Shown here in pieces: positions 7,952-18,639 of a stretch of DNA of 46,268 nucleotides. Made by a program: the position numbers and the translations under genes. How positions within the stretch are numbered: the first letter of the stretch is position 1; each line of letters starts with the position of its first letter. Source of the stretch: a virus. Its lineage: Duplodnaviria; Caudoviricetes. The stretch covers positions 1 to 46,268 of IMG/VR virus record IMGVR_UViG_3300033485_000031; one strand, 5' to 3'. The notes beneath the pieces are model-generated. The model saw only the letters and a program-made list of their open reading frames with translations, had not been told where the DNA came from and did no database searches.

Positions 7952-9910
7952 GTGGCTGAACCAGTCATTATCCCGGTAGAGGTCCACGGCTGGCAGGCCG
8001 CGCGAACGATCATCAAGTCGTTGCGCGAAGACGTGGCCGACCTCGAAAAATCTGCCAAGGGGATCAATTTCGGCGGGCGCGGCGGCGGGGTATCAGTTCC
8101 GTTTTCTTCCAGCCTCAACGCCTCTTTTAGCGGCGCCGTTTCTCATGGGCGCCCCGGGCCTGCGACCGATTACATGGGCATCGGCGATCGGATCAACAAC
8201 GCGATTGATTCGATGGTGGCGCGCGGTCTTGGCGGAATGGGCCTTGACCTTTTCAAAAGCGGTTTGGCCCTGGCAACCGAAGGCCTTCGAACGTTTGCAA
8301 CGGCCTTGATCACCGATGTGGTCGTGCCGTTTACCAAATTAGAAACAACTGCCACCCAGATCGCCAATGCCAGCGGCGGAAAGCTTATTGCGCCCGAAAT
8401 CACGGGGATGGTGCGGGCCGAGAAGCTGCGCTCGAATATTGGCGAAGATGCTTTGCTGGAGGCTGCAACGAAGTTTCAGGACATCACCGGCCAATCCAAA
8501 CTTGCTTTCGAAATGCTGGACACGATCGGCATGCTCACAAAGGGGCGCGGCGGCTCGGCTTCGGAGCAGGCCGCCTTTGCAGCTTCGGTTTACAAGCCCG
8601 GCATGGGCAAGGCCGATTTGGATAAGTTACTTATGGCGATGGTCGGCCAAGGCGATATCGGCGCGATTCCCTTGGCGCAAATGGCCAAGCTTGGCGGCAA
8701 AATCGTGGCGCCAGCGGGCGAAATGGGCGGAGAATATTCGCGGCGCATCGTGACCAGCACGGGCCTTTTGCAGGCCGCTCGCCCTGGATTCGGCACCACG
8801 GACCTTGCCAGCACGGGCTTGAATACCTTTTTCACAAACATCTCTACGAACATGGCCAAGCTTGAAAAGGCGGGGTTTGGCCAATTCTTCGAGACAGGCG
8901 CGGAAGGCAAGCGCGTTGTTTCCGATCCGGCCCAGCTCATCGGGGCATTGCTGGCCAAGACCTCGGGGAATATCAGCGGGCTGAAAGAGCTTGGTTTCAC
9001 GGACCCCGGCGCACGATTCACGCGGGCATTTTCCGAGCAATTCAAGGGCGGATTCGAGGCGGCGAAGGGGCGCGGGGAGACTGATGAAAAGGCACGTGAA
9101 TCCGCAGGGAAAGCCGTGGCGGAGTACATCAAGACCTTCATAAACGCGACTTCATCGATGGAAGCCGAAAGCAAAAAACGCGACGCTGTGATGGCGACCA
9201 CGGGCGAGCGCTGGGAAAGCGCCATGAACCGCATCAAAGACAAGATGCTCAGCGTGATGCCTGGCATTGAAAAGCTCGTTGATAGCTTTGAGCAGAGGGC
9301 GCCGGACATCGCAGACGCGGCCGAAAAGATCGCGCTGGCTTTGGTCGATGTGGCTGACTTCCTAGATTCATGGGTCATCGGGCGCGATACATCCACAAAG
9401 GAAGGTAGAGCCCGCGCAGAATCCAGGGATACGCGGCAATTTGCGCGGCAAGCCGAGGTCATGGAGCGCGCTGGCCTTGGCGGGCAGTTGAGCAAATACC
9501 TCGGCGGGGAAAGCGCGATCGCCAAAGCGCGAGAAGAGGCAATCGCTGGCTTTGAGAGCGGACAAACCAGCAACATTTTTCGCGCTCGCGCAGGCACAAC
9601 GACACGCGGCTATACGGAGGAGAGCGAACAGAAAGCCCGCAAAGCGGAGAGCGCATATTTCAGGGGCACGTATCTGAAAGAGATTGAGGCTGCTCCAGAG
9701 CGTGGGCTTGAAATGGCGCGCGGAGCTTTGCAGCGCGGGGAGTTGACGAAGGAGCAGTTTGCAGGCCTCGAAAAATTTGCCGGACAGGTCACAAAAGCAT
9801 CGCAGGATTTCGGCACGCTGAACGATGCCCTGCTGGAGGCCGTGAAAAACCTTAACAAGCTTGCTGAAAGCGGCGGAGAAGCCGCAAAGGCAAAGCCGCT
9901 TGGGCAGTGA
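7952..9910 (+). CDS. Tail tape measure protein
   Basis: 652 aa, Ala/Gly-rich and helical, after the chaperone. Confidence 0.85.
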   Translation: MAEPVIIPVEVHGWQAARTIIKSLREDVADLEKSAKGINFGGRGGGVSVPFSSSLNASFSGAVSHGRPGPATDYMGIGDRINNAIDSMVARGLGGMGLDLFKSGLALATEGLRTFATALITDVVVPFTKLETTATQIANASGGKLIAPEITGMVRAEKLRSNIGEDALLEAATKFQDITGQSKLAFEMLDTIGMLTKGRGGSASEQAAFAASVYKPGMGKADLDKLLMAMVGQGDIGAIPLAQMAKLGGKIVAPAGEMGGEYSRRIVTSTGLLQAARPGFGTTDLASTGLNTFFTNISTNMAKLEKAGFGQFFETGAEGKRVVSDPAQLIGALLAKTSGNISGLKELGFTDPGARFTRAFSEQFKGGFEAAKGRGETDEKARESAGKAVAEYIKTFINATSSMEAESKKRDAVMATTGERWESAMNRIKDKMLSVMPGIEKLVDSFEQRAPDIADAAEKIALALVDVADFLDSWVIGRDTSTKEGRARAESRDTRQFARQAEVMERAGLGGQLSKYLGGESAIAKAREEAIAGFESGQTSNIFRARAGTTTRGYTEESEQKARKAESAYFRGTYLKEIEAAPERGLEMARGALQRGELTKEQFAGLEKFAGQVTKASQDFGTLNDALLEAVKNLNKLAESGGEAAKAKPLGQ

Positions 9911-9913
9911 GCC

Positions 9914-10801
9914 ATGGCGCAGGCATTTGACAACTTAGAGCTTGCTTCGTGGCGCGGGATCGAGTTCCCAACGATCTCGCCCGGCTTGAATTTCCGGCAT
10001 GGAATGGCCGTGCATCAGGTCATCGATCGGGATGGCGGGTTTCCCGAGCCCACGGGGCGCGGCCCCCGAATGGTGCGCATTCAGATCCCCTTTCTGGAAG
10101 GCCTTCGCGGCTACGACGATCCGCCGCTTTATCCCGATCGATACGATTTATTTGAGCGCGCTTTTGAAGATAAATCCCAAGGAACGCTTGTGCATCCAAA
10201 GCGCGGGGCGATGCAAGTTTTCCCGGACACATTTGAAACGGCCCTAGACCCCGATAAGCGCAACGGGCAGATCGTCACGGCCTCGTGGGTCGAGACGAAC
10301 GATGCGCCGCTTGAAGATGTCGTTTCAATCCGCCGATCCGCTGCCAGCTTTCGCACCACGGCCCAAGCTCTGGACGCGGGGATCACCACGCTGCCCGCTG
10401 GCCAACAGCCCAACATCCAAGCGGAAGGCTTCACCTCCTTTGACGACTTCGCTGCAAAGCTCCAAGGCGTCCAGCGCAACGCCGATTTCCAGCGCGCCCA
10501 AGCTGCGCGGAAGGCCGATCGGATCATCGGGCTCGCCCGCACTGTGAAGGCCGCTACAAGCCCAGCGAATGCGCCGCTTTTGGACACCGTGGAGCGCTTC
10601 ACGCAAGCCACCCGGGAAACACGCGACGCCGTGATCGCATTGCTCAGGCCGACACGATTTCAGCGCGTGGGCGCGGACTCGACGATTGCATATCTCGCGC
10701 AGATTTATCAAAACACCGCTGATGATTTGCTTGCCCTTAATCCGCAGATCCGCGGCCTGCAATCGCTTCGCGCGGGCGCGGTCATCAAGGTTTATAGATG
10801 A
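9914..10801 (+). CDS. Mu gpN-like DNA circularisation N-terminal domain protein with C-terminal LysM-like domain
   Basis: ASWRGIEF, EPTGRGPR, GTLVHPKRG; C-terminal LAQIYQNTADDLLALNPQI...LRAGAVIKV. Confidence 0.85.
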   Translation: MAQAFDNLELASWRGIEFPTISPGLNFRHGMAVHQVIDRDGGFPEPTGRGPRMVRIQIPFLEGLRGYDDPPLYPDRYDLFERAFEDKSQGTLVHPKRGAMQVFPDTFETALDPDKRNGQIVTASWVETNDAPLEDVVSIRRSAASFRTTAQALDAGITTLPAGQQPNIQAEGFTSFDDFAAKLQGVQRNADFQRAQAARKADRIIGLARTVKAATSPANAPLLDTVERFTQATRETRDAVIALLRPTRFQRVGADSTIAYLAQIYQNTADDLLALNPQIRGLQSLRAGAVIKVYR

Positions 10802-12132
10802 CCCTCGACGGCGAAAGCGCGCTCGACACGATCACCCTGCGTTCCACGGGCTTGCAACTCGATATTGAAAACGCCTTGGCCTACAGCGTGACGACCTCGT
10901 ACCAGGCGCCAGCGGCCCGATTTTCATTCACCATTGCCGATCCTTCTGGCGTGCTCGGCCGGGAAGTTTTGGTGCCGGGCGCAAAGATTGAAATCCTTTG
11001 CAACTCTCGGCCGCAATTGGCCGGCTTCATCGGGGAATCGACGCGCAGGCGCACCAAGGACGGCGGGACGGTTTTGCAGATCGCCGGGCGCGACATACTA
11101 GGCCCGCCCATCGATGCCAGCGTCAACCCGTATTTTAGCTTTTCCGAGCGCATGACGGCTCTCGATGCGGTGTTGGGCGTGCTCGCCCCGTTCGGCATTC
11201 GCAAGGTTTACAACGCCGATGCACTCAATGTTTCGGCCATGACCGGAAACGCGAAAAAGCTCCCATCGTCCACGAGCTCAGAAGGCGTTTCCGTGGCGTT
11301 CATTGCCATCGATGACAAGGGCGAAGAGACGCCGAGCTTTGAAACGATCGTTTGCAATTATCAGCGCTTTGCCAATCGCCGTGATTTGAAGGCGATCCCA
11401 CTCACCCAATTGAAACCGCGCGAGAATGAGGGGTGCGTGCAATTCCTTCAACGGATTTTGGAGCGCTTGGGCTTTCGGATGTGGGCGGCGGCGGATGGCT
11501 CTGGAGTAGTGGTGACTACGCCGGATTTTGATTCCGATCCCGCGCATGAATTAGTGACAGGGCCAGAAAACGATCGCCTTATTGATTTGGAGGTGCGCGA
11601 AAACCTCGATGCACAGCCGGGCGTCATCATTCTTCGCGGAAATTCCAGCGGCACGGGCACGCAAAAAGAGGGCTTGAAGGTCATCCAAATCAATGAGCTT
11701 GTCGGCCTTAATTCCAGCGGGCAGCCATACGAATACATCAAGCGCATCATTGCCCAAAACAAGGGCGCGAAGGTTCTGCCCATTAGGCCGCAATTGCTTC
11801 CCAGGGGAGCGGTCATTGATAAATCTTTTCGCGGGGCTCCGCTGTATTCGAAAGACGATGAAGCCCGCAACGTGGAGCAGCTTGAAGCGGCGTGCCGAAA
11901 GATGATGATGGGATTTCAAATACGCGCTTTTGATGCGTCGTTTTTGGTGCGCGGCTTGACCTTCAACCGGGCGCCATGGGCGGTGAACACAATGATTCGG
12001 CTTAGGGATGACAAGCTCGGCATTGACCGCGCCTTGTGGCTTGCCGAGCGTACGTTTTCAAAAAGCAAGGGCGGCGGCACCACCACATCGGGACGCCTCG
12101 TGCTCCCCTATACGGCATCGGTATCAGCATGA
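10798..12132 (+). CDS. Baseplate hub (Mu gpP/gp44-like)
   Basis: IAGRDILGPPIDAS, PWAVNTMIRLRDD, FSKSKGGGTTT motifs. Confidence 0.8.
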   Translation: MTLDGESALDTITLRSTGLQLDIENALAYSVTTSYQAPAARFSFTIADPSGVLGREVLVPGAKIEILCNSRPQLAGFIGESTRRRTKDGGTVLQIAGRDILGPPIDASVNPYFSFSERMTALDAVLGVLAPFGIRKVYNADALNVSAMTGNAKKLPSSTSSEGVSVAFIAIDDKGEETPSFETIVCNYQRFANRRDLKAIPLTQLKPRENEGCVQFLQRILERLGFRMWAAADGSGVVVTTPDFDSDPAHELVTGPENDRLIDLEVRENLDAQPGVIILRGNSSGTGTQKEGLKVIQINELVGLNSSGQPYEYIKRIIAQNKGAKVLPIRPQLLPRGAVIDKSFRGAPLYSKDDEARNVEQLEAACRKMMMGFQIRAFDASFLVRGLTFNRAPWAVNTMIRLRDDKLGIDRALWLAERTFSKSKGGGTTTSGRLVLPYTASVSA

Positions 12133-12812
12133 GCGCGCGCATCCCCAGCGACACGATCGATTTTCCGGCAATCAGCTCCACGGAACAGCTTCCCAACGGG
12201 GCGATCTTGCTCCACACCGCCCAAAGCACAGATGACCGCTTCGTGAGTGCGACCAATTCGCCTTTCTGGCAGCAGATCGGTTTTGCGTCCAGGCCTGCGA
12301 AGCCCACTATGGCGGGCGCGGCGGAGACGGTCGTTTTAGTGTTTGGCAACGAGAACCAAGCCTTTGCCTCTCGCGACCTTCGCTGCGCGCTTCCTGCCGG
12401 CTTGGAGCCTGGGGAAACGGTCATGTACGCGGGCGGTCCTTCGAACACAGGGACCGGGCAGATTCGGCTTTCCGACGATGGCGGGGCCGAAATAAAGATT
12501 GAGGTCCGCAAGGGAAATGTGGGCTCAGGTGATCCTGTGAGGATCACGTTGTCCTCTGAGGGCAACATTGAGATCAACGCAGGCGTGCGCGGGCGGATTC
12601 GCATTACCGAAACGGGGATTGAGCTTGGGAATTCCGCAAGCCTTTCGGCCGCGCTTGGAGAGCAGACCAAGGCCATGATCGATAAGCTTGTGCTTGCAAT
12701 TGCATCTGCGACGGCGGGCGCAAATCCGATCGTATTCAACCCGCTTTTCCTTCCGCCCACGCCCACGGAAACAGAAACAATTCTTTCGAGCGTCGTAAAG
12801 GTAATGCCATGA
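12129..12812 (+). CDS. Baseplate spike (Mu gp45-like)
   Basis: QQIGFASRP...AETVVL...DLR...LEPGETVMY pattern. Confidence 0.8.
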   Translation: MSARIPSDTIDFPAISSTEQLPNGAILLHTAQSTDDRFVSATNSPFWQQIGFASRPAKPTMAGAAETVVLVFGNENQAFASRDLRCALPAGLEPGETVMYAGGPSNTGTGQIRLSDDGGAEIKIEVRKGNVGSGDPVRITLSSEGNIEINAGVRGRIRITETGIELGNSASLSAALGEQTKAMIDKLVLAIASATAGANPIVFNPLFLPPTPTETETILSSVVKVMP

Positions 12813-13273
12813 GCGAATGGAGCGGCGCTGGATTGTGCCCAGCGGGAATCACCCCGGCTGGATATGGCTTTCAGCCATTGGGCGAAACGGCGAAGCCGCA
12901 AGCTTTCCGCTTACCCGATGGCTCGACGGGGGAAGCCGCAAAGATCAACGCCAAGACCTACGATTTTGAGCTTGATGAGCGCGGGCAAAAGCTGGGCATG
13001 ACCGGGCCACAACAAATGGTGTTGCTCGCGCTGAAAACCATGAAGGGGAGCGCGGCCACGGACATTGGGATCGAGCCATTCCCCGATCGCATTTCTGAGC
13101 AAACGAATCGCATTGTGGATGCGCGCATCACAAACGCTCTTGCCCATCTGCGAACGCGCGGGATCATCGATTTGAAGTCAATCGAAATCGTTGAGCCCAA
13201 AGAGGGAGCGCTTGCAATCACGGTTGTTTGGCGCGACGTTTCCAGCGGCACGACGGAGCGCACCCCCCTATGA
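12809..13273 (+). CDS. Baseplate wedge / sheath initiator (gp46/gp25-like)
   Basis: 154 aa between the spike and J-like genes. Confidence 0.6.
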   Translation: MSEWSGAGLCPAGITPAGYGFQPLGETAKPQAFRLPDGSTGEAAKINAKTYDFELDERGQKLGMTGPQQMVLLALKTMKGSAATDIGIEPFPDRISEQTNRIVDARITNALAHLRTRGIIDLKSIEIVEPKEGALAITVVWRDVSSGTTERTPL

Positions 13274-14760
13274 GCACGGCCGAAAACATCCAGATCAAGA
13301 CCGTTGAGGAGACCCGCGATGATTATTTGCGCACGTATTCCAATGCGCTGATTGAGCGCGGGATCGCGAATCCTCTGACATCCGATGGCACGGAGATTTT
13401 CAACAAGGCGACGGCCTTGGCCCAGCAAATTTACGTTGCAAGCGCGACGATCCCAGCGGCGGTGGATGAAGCGCTTGAAGACACGGCTATTCAGAACCTC
13501 CCACGGCTTGCCGCGATGCGCGGGATGGGGCTTCGGGCAGCGGGTGGAAGTGCTGGGGATGCCATTCCGACAATTGCGATCGCAGGTTCGGTGCTCATTC
13601 CCGCTGGCGCGGAGCTGATTGATCCTTTGGGTCTTCGGTATCGGGTAGTTTTGGGCGGGCCGACGTTCAGCGGGCAGCCAGTTGGAATCGAGAGCTTGGA
13701 CACTGGCGCGGCGACGAATCGGGCGGCGGGCACAACGCTAACCTTCACGGCGCCCCCGCTGTATGTGGAGCCCAAGGCCACCGTAGGTGCGAAGGGGCTT
13801 CGATTTGGCGTAAACGCTGAGGATTTGGAAGGGCTTCGTGCTCGGCTTTTGGAGCGGATGCGGCACCCTCCAAACGGGGTGAATTGGCCGACGTACACGG
13901 AAGCGGCGGAAGGGGCGAGCGCGGTGCAGAAGGCCTTCGCATATCCCGCATGCAATGGGCCGAGCACGATGCACATTGCCGTTGTCGGGGCGCCCACCAC
14001 GGCGAGCAAGCTTCGGGACTTGGACGCGCTTACGGTGTCGCTTCGGGTGGCTCCACTGGTTCAGGCCGAGACGTTTTCGTTTGTGGAGCTTGTGGTCACT
14101 TCGGTCGTCAATGAGTCCGTGGATGTGGCGATCGCGCTGGCCATACCGGCTTCGCCGGCAGCTTCTCCCCCGGGGCCCGGAGGTGGCTGGATTGATGCGA
14201 TTCCGTTCCCCGTGCTGGCATCGCCTGGATATGTGGCCGTGTCCAACGTCGTTTCGAGCGTGGAGATCGAGGTTTCAAGCGATGTGGCCCCCGTGGTCGG
14301 CGGCTCTGTTTCGTGGGTTTCAACGGACGATTGGACGCTTCGCACGGCCCTGATCGAATCGTTCACGGGAACCAATCCGTACGCGATCACGCTGTCAACG
14401 CCCTTCGTGAGCGCGGGCGCCGTCGAGATTGCCGTAGGCGATTGGATCTTCCCGGCTTCCGAGCGCGGAGAGGATTACGTCGCGCGGCTCTTTGAGGCCT
14501 TTTCTCGGCTTGGCCCGGGCGAGAAGACCGACATCGCGGGCTTGCTGCCTTTCGCCCTTCGACAGCCCCCGCCGGCTGAGAGCTGGCCGTCTGAAATGAA
14601 GGCGCCTTTCTTAAAATCTTTCGCAGGCGACGCGGCGGAGATCTCCGATTTCGCGTATGCATACCGAAGCGCGATCACGCCGACGCTTCCGGCCTCCATT
14701 TCGGATGCGCCTTCGATCTTCGTGCCGCGACAAATTGGTTTTTACCCTCTGAGTGATTGA
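13270..14760 (+). CDS. Baseplate J-like protein (Mu gp47)
   Basis: LPRLAAMRGMGLRAA, GAATNRAAGT, GVNAEDLEGLRARLLERMRHPPNG. Confidence 0.88.
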   Translation: MSTAENIQIKTVEETRDDYLRTYSNALIERGIANPLTSDGTEIFNKATALAQQIYVASATIPAAVDEALEDTAIQNLPRLAAMRGMGLRAAGGSAGDAIPTIAIAGSVLIPAGAELIDPLGLRYRVVLGGPTFSGQPVGIESLDTGAATNRAAGTTLTFTAPPLYVEPKATVGAKGLRFGVNAEDLEGLRARLLERMRHPPNGVNWPTYTEAAEGASAVQKAFAYPACNGPSTMHIAVVGAPTTASKLRDLDALTVSLRVAPLVQAETFSFVELVVTSVVNESVDVAIALAIPASPAASPPGPGGGWIDAIPFPVLASPGYVAVSNVVSSVEIEVSSDVAPVVGGSVSWVSTDDWTLRTALIESFTGTNPYAITLSTPFVSAGAVEIAVGDWIFPASERGEDYVARLFEAFSRLGPGEKTDIAGLLPFALRQPPPAESWPSEMKAPFLKSFAGDAAEISDFAYAYRSAITPTLPASISDAPSIFVPRQIGFYPLSD

Positions 14761-15295
14761 AATGAAATTATTTGCTTTGGTTTTAGGTGCCTTGATGTCC
14801 ATCCCCCAAATCACCACCCTTCCATCGACCGTTTCCTACGCCCAGCTTGGGGGCGATAAAGTTGATTTCGCGCCCATTGTTGACCCAAGCACCGACACGC
14901 CTGCAGCGGTCAATAACGCCGTAAAGCTTCTGTCTGCGCAGCTTTCGCGGACTTCAATCCGGGCGCGCGTGCGCTTTGAGGTGGTGGCCCCCGACGAATT
15001 CACGACGCTGTCGTTTCAAAGCGTTTGGGGCATTTCTCCAGAGCCCACCTATGCGCTCACAAATACGCCCAACACGAATTCTTACCTTGTGACCTTTCCG
15101 GCTTCGGTCACGGTCAATGGTATATCGATCCCTGTCAATTTGGATTCAGCGCAGGTATCTACCAATAAAATTGGCTATGTCGTCTCGGCCGAGAAGGTTG
15201 CACCAAACCAATTTGTTGTGCAGTTTCGAGAGGCTCAAGACAACGCGAACACGTTTACCAATGCCGGCTATTTCGTTGAACTTTGGGTGATGTGA
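14753..15295 (+). CDS. Hypothetical baseplate-region protein
   Basis: Coupled ORF, beta-rich; true start uncertain. Confidence 0.6.
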   Translation: MIEMKLFALVLGALMSIPQITTLPSTVSYAQLGGDKVDFAPIVDPSTDTPAAVNNAVKLLSAQLSRTSIRARVRFEVVAPDEFTTLSFQSVWGISPEPTYALTNTPNTNSYLVTFPASVTVNGISIPVNLDSAQVSTNKIGYVVSAEKVAPNQFVVQFREAQDNANTFTNAGYFVELWVM

Positions 15296-15570
15296 TGGGC
15301 GATCTCCGCGTTTTGCCAGTCGCCCGCGAAGGCAATGAAGGCGTTGTCGAGGCCTTGAAAGAGATGCTCGCCATTGCAGAGCGCGGAGAGCTTCGTGCCG
15401 TGGTGGTCGCTGGGCATTGGGATCGGCCCGGTGATCCCAACTGCACGGTCATCCGCTGGGGAGCCGCCCTCGACGGCAGCAATGCGATCCTGGTCACAGC
15501 TTGCGAACGTGCCAAGCTCGTTTTATGCGGCGTCACTGTGTTAAGCGCGGGTGATCCAACACAAGGGTAA
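15295..15570 (+). CDS. Small hypothetical protein
   Basis: Start overlaps the previous stop; 91 aa. Confidence 0.6.
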   Translation: MGDLRVLPVAREGNEGVVEALKEMLAIAERGELRAVVVAGHWDRPGDPNCTVIRWGAALDGSNAILVTACERAKLVLCGVTVLSAGDPTQG

Positions 15571-15573
15571 GGC

Positions 15574-16275
15574 ATGAGCGGCGGATACAATTACAGCCCA
15601 GAGGTAGGCGGCGGAGAGACAGGGCTCTCCGCCGAACTCATTTCAAGAGACCTCGCATCCGCCGATGGCACGGCCTTCGCGAACGAATGGGAAAGCTACT
15701 CATACGCCGAACACTTGGCAGAGGGCCGATGCCTTGCCTATTTGAGCGGCCTTGCCCGCAAGCTCGCATTCATTCGAGACCCTGCCCACGCCGTCGAAAC
15801 ACTGCCCCGCCTTGAACGCCTCTACGGCACAAGGCCGCGCTACGGCATGCCCGAAGTGGAACGGCGTGATCTTATCCTTCAACGCCTGGCAATCGAAAAC
15901 CGATTTCCCGATCTAGCCTTGATCCAATCGATCGTGGAATCTGCTTTGGGCGAAGCCTTCATCGAGATGCTTTACGCGGACTCGACGATTGCAGCGGGCT
16001 CAATCCCAGGGGGCGCCTCCATCCCAGGGGGCGCAACCCTTTCAGATCAGCCGTGGCGTTCGAATATCGCTTCATTCTCGGCTCTCTGCACCCAAGGCGA
16101 TCTCAGCTTCGCGGAATATCAGCGGCGCCTTGGCGAAGCCCGCGAACGCCTCAAAGACGTTATGCCCGCATGGAGCACTTTTTATGCGGTCGAAGATTAC
16201 CCAAGCCCAACGCCGGGCTTCATTTTAGGCCCCGAAGGCGTTGGCTCAAGACTTGGGATAGGAAGGCTCACATGA
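15574..16275 (+). CDS. Baseplate wedge subunit (Mu gp48/YmfQ-like)
   Basis: DPAHAVETLPRLERLYG...ERRDLI...MPAW pattern. Confidence 0.7.
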   Translation: MSGGYNYSPEVGGGETGLSAELISRDLASADGTAFANEWESYSYAEHLAEGRCLAYLSGLARKLAFIRDPAHAVETLPRLERLYGTRPRYGMPEVERRDLILQRLAIENRFPDLALIQSIVESALGEAFIEMLYADSTIAAGSIPGGASIPGGATLSDQPWRSNIASFSALCTQGDLSFAEYQRRLGEARERLKDVMPAWSTFYAVEDYPSPTPGFILGPEGVGSRLGIGRLT

Positions 16276-16931
16276 GTTTTAGCGAGGTATGGCCGGACAA
16301 ATCAAACGGCCAGACAATTACAGCTCCAGAGCTGAATCAGCTCAAAGCCCAACAGGCGCTTGCCATTGATAAAACCGGCGATACCGTGCCGGGCCTGATC
16401 ACGTTCGATGTCAATATCGGCTACACCCCGCGCACCGTTGACAGGGAGCGCTTTGCGTGGGAAAGCTATGTCGATTCGATCACATCGCTGCCACACTTTG
16501 GACGTACAAGCCCAGCCGATATCAACGAAAACACCTTCCGGCAATTAGCGATCCCAACGCTTCCGCGAACTATCGGGCAAATATTAACTCTGCCGCACGG
16601 GTGCACAGTCACCGAGATATCGTGCAAATTTAAGCCTGCCGGTGGTCATCTAAATCTACCAGACAATCAGCCGCTTTTGCTTCTTTTAAGTCGACCAATA
16701 TTAGGTGGTGTTGCGTCGTCATCTCTATCGGCCCAAAACATAAAGGCCAATGTTGCGGATTACAACAACACAAGCATTACGGCTATCGGCACAGGCTCAG
16801 AGGTAATTGATTTAAACACCAACGCTTATTGGCTTGAATTTGTTGGTGAGTATGGGGCGAACGCCCTCACTGGGCTTATTTTCCAAGGCGCAAGCATCAA
16901 GCTCGAAATCACTGAACAGGATGTGGCGTAA
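16272..16931 (+). CDS. Tail fibre / baseplate-attached protein
   Basis: N-terminal GQTITAPELNQL...IDKTGDT typical of fibre attachment segments. Confidence 0.6.
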   Translation: MSFSEVWPDKSNGQTITAPELNQLKAQQALAIDKTGDTVPGLITFDVNIGYTPRTVDRERFAWESYVDSITSLPHFGRTSPADINENTFRQLAIPTLPRTIGQILTLPHGCTVTEISCKFKPAGGHLNLPDNQPLLLLLSRPILGGVASSSLSAQNIKANVADYNNTSITAIGTGSEVIDLNTNAYWLEFVGEYGANALTGLIFQGASIKLEITEQDVA

Positions 16932-18247
16932 TGGCAAGCCCTCTTTGCACAGTAAACACGCTTTCCACGGTCGATGGAGTCGATGTTACGGCTGCATCCA
17001 CGGTATCGATTGAGCTTATCGATGCGGCCGGCGTCAATAGCTGGGAAATTGAGTGCATAAGCACCGATGACAGCAACCTCAAAGCCACGATCAATGGCAC
17101 GCTGACCGTCGATAATATCACCAAAACGGCCGAATTCACAGCACCCGCGTTGGGCTCGGCTATGATCTGGCGAAGCCGCGTAAACAGCGGGCGAGATTCC
17201 AACGGCCGCCTTGATCCATCGCTCACAACGACCTTTGGAATCTATGTTTTGAGCGCCCAAGGCAATCGGGTGATTGCGGTCAACGAAACCACCGAGGGAA
17301 GCGCGTCCTTTGGATGGGTTGTACCAATCAATTTGATTCTGCGAAACACGATCCTTGATATCACCGCAACGGCGGGCGCTGGGCTTGTCTATTCAGCCGG
17401 CGAATATTTCATCCAAAGCACGGACAGCTCCATCAACATCCTGGCTGATGAGATCCGCCTGAACCCGATCAGCGCCGTGAATCACGCGAACCAAACCGAT
17501 CCTGCCCTTCATGCGCTGGCCACGGGAGCCGCAAACGGATTCCTTTCGAGCCCACATTATTCGCTTTTGGCCGGGGCCACACCTTTGGCCACGCCCGAAG
17601 CCTTGGTTCTGCGGGATATCTCTGGTTATGCGGCATTCGCACGCGTCTACACGCCGTCGCTGCGCACTGAGGACGGCACGACCTCCACCGCCCTTGCCAT
17701 CTCCACGGGCTCTGCATCTGCCGGGGCGAGCGGTATTTCATCCCTGGCCAGCGGCGGAGCCACAGGCGGCAATGCCGGGGCCGTCCAGATCGCCGCGGGC
17801 ACATCGACCACCAATCGAGGCGGCGACGTTTTAATCACCTCGGGCGGGTCGGGCGGCTCATCCCAGGGCGGCGATGTCGCGATCAATTTCGTGGCTGGCG
17901 CTTCGGGCAAATATGGATCGCTGGCAATCGGAGCCAATACGGCCGACGACGGAGGCGGCGAAAAGGTCATCTCGATCGGCAATGCCGCTGTCCTGCCCAC
18001 AACGAACCCATCAGCCGGCGTGATCGTGTACGTCGAGAGCGGCGCTTTGAAGGCCCGTGGCACCTCTGGGACGGTCACGACGCTTGCGCCCGCCGAACCT
18101 CACTGCCCAAAGTGCGGGCTTGACTTCGCTCTCGAATGGGCGAACCCCGAGAGCGGCAAAAAGCTTTCGATTTGCGCTCCTTGTTTCGTGGATGCTCTGC
18201 ATGACGCAGGCATCAACACCGATTTTGCCTTTAAGGATGCTCGATAA
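16931..18247 (+). CDS. Tail fibre protein with C-terminal CxxC...CxxC motif
   Basis: Gly/Ser/Thr repeats (GGDVLITSG, GGDVAINF); HCPKCG and ICAPC at the end. Confidence 0.7.
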   Translation: MASPLCTVNTLSTVDGVDVTAASTVSIELIDAAGVNSWEIECISTDDSNLKATINGTLTVDNITKTAEFTAPALGSAMIWRSRVNSGRDSNGRLDPSLTTTFGIYVLSAQGNRVIAVNETTEGSASFGWVVPINLILRNTILDITATAGAGLVYSAGEYFIQSTDSSINILADEIRLNPISAVNHANQTDPALHALATGAANGFLSSPHYSLLAGATPLATPEALVLRDISGYAAFARVYTPSLRTEDGTTSTALAISTGSASAGASGISSLASGGATGGNAGAVQIAAGTSTTNRGGDVLITSGGSGGSSQGGDVAINFVAGASGKYGSLAIGANTADDGGGEKVISIGNAAVLPTTNPSAGVIVYVESGALKARGTSGTVTTLAPAEPHCPKCGLDFALEWANPESGKKLSICAPCFVDALHDAGINTDFAFKDAR

Positions 18248-18248
18248 A

Positions 18249-18638
18249 ATGAGCACTCCGAATTACGAAGGCAGCGTTTTGCAGGACGAGGCGACGACCA
18301 CCGACGATACGCCCACGACAGTTGGAATTCTCAATCCCTCATCTGCATGGCACGGGGTCGTCTCAGCCTGGTTGCACGTGTATGATCCGTCTGATCATGC
18401 TGTCAGCGCGGACTTTGAGTTGCGTGGTCGAGCAGAACGCGACGCTGAGGGAAACTGCACGGTATACAGCTCACGCATTCTTGAAAAAGAATGCCACGCA
18501 TCTTTAATGACGTTGAGCGCTGCAATTGCATCGATATCCATTGGTAATCAAAGCTATATTGGGATTGTCGGTTTCGGGGTGGCTGCGACAAATCTCCGAT
18601 GGTATATTCAATCAAAACATTTATTTGGGACGGTTTAA
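18249..18638 (+). CDS. Fibre-associated protein, paralogue A
   Basis: ATTTDDTPTTV motif shared with the next gene. Confidence 0.6.
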   Translation: MSTPNYEGSVLQDEATTTDDTPTTVGILNPSSAWHGVVSAWLHVYDPSDHAVSADFELRGRAERDAEGNCTVYSSRILEKECHASLMTLSAAIASISIGNQSYIGIVGFGVAATNLRWYIQSKHLFGTV

Positions 18639-18639
18639 T

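Noticed and set aside
8590-9597. Long antisense ORFs (for example 8590-9597, 4545-5348, 12002-12901, 41393-42037)
   Set aside because: Shadows of well-supported genes on the opposite strand
10322-10335. GTTTCAATCCGCCG resembling a CRISPR repeat end
   Set aside because: Coding sequence (VVSIRR) without repeat structure
9914-14760. Mu-like transposable phage
   Set aside because: Mu-type tail genes occur in non-transposable phages; there is no MuA/MuB pair and the assembly is circular without host ends
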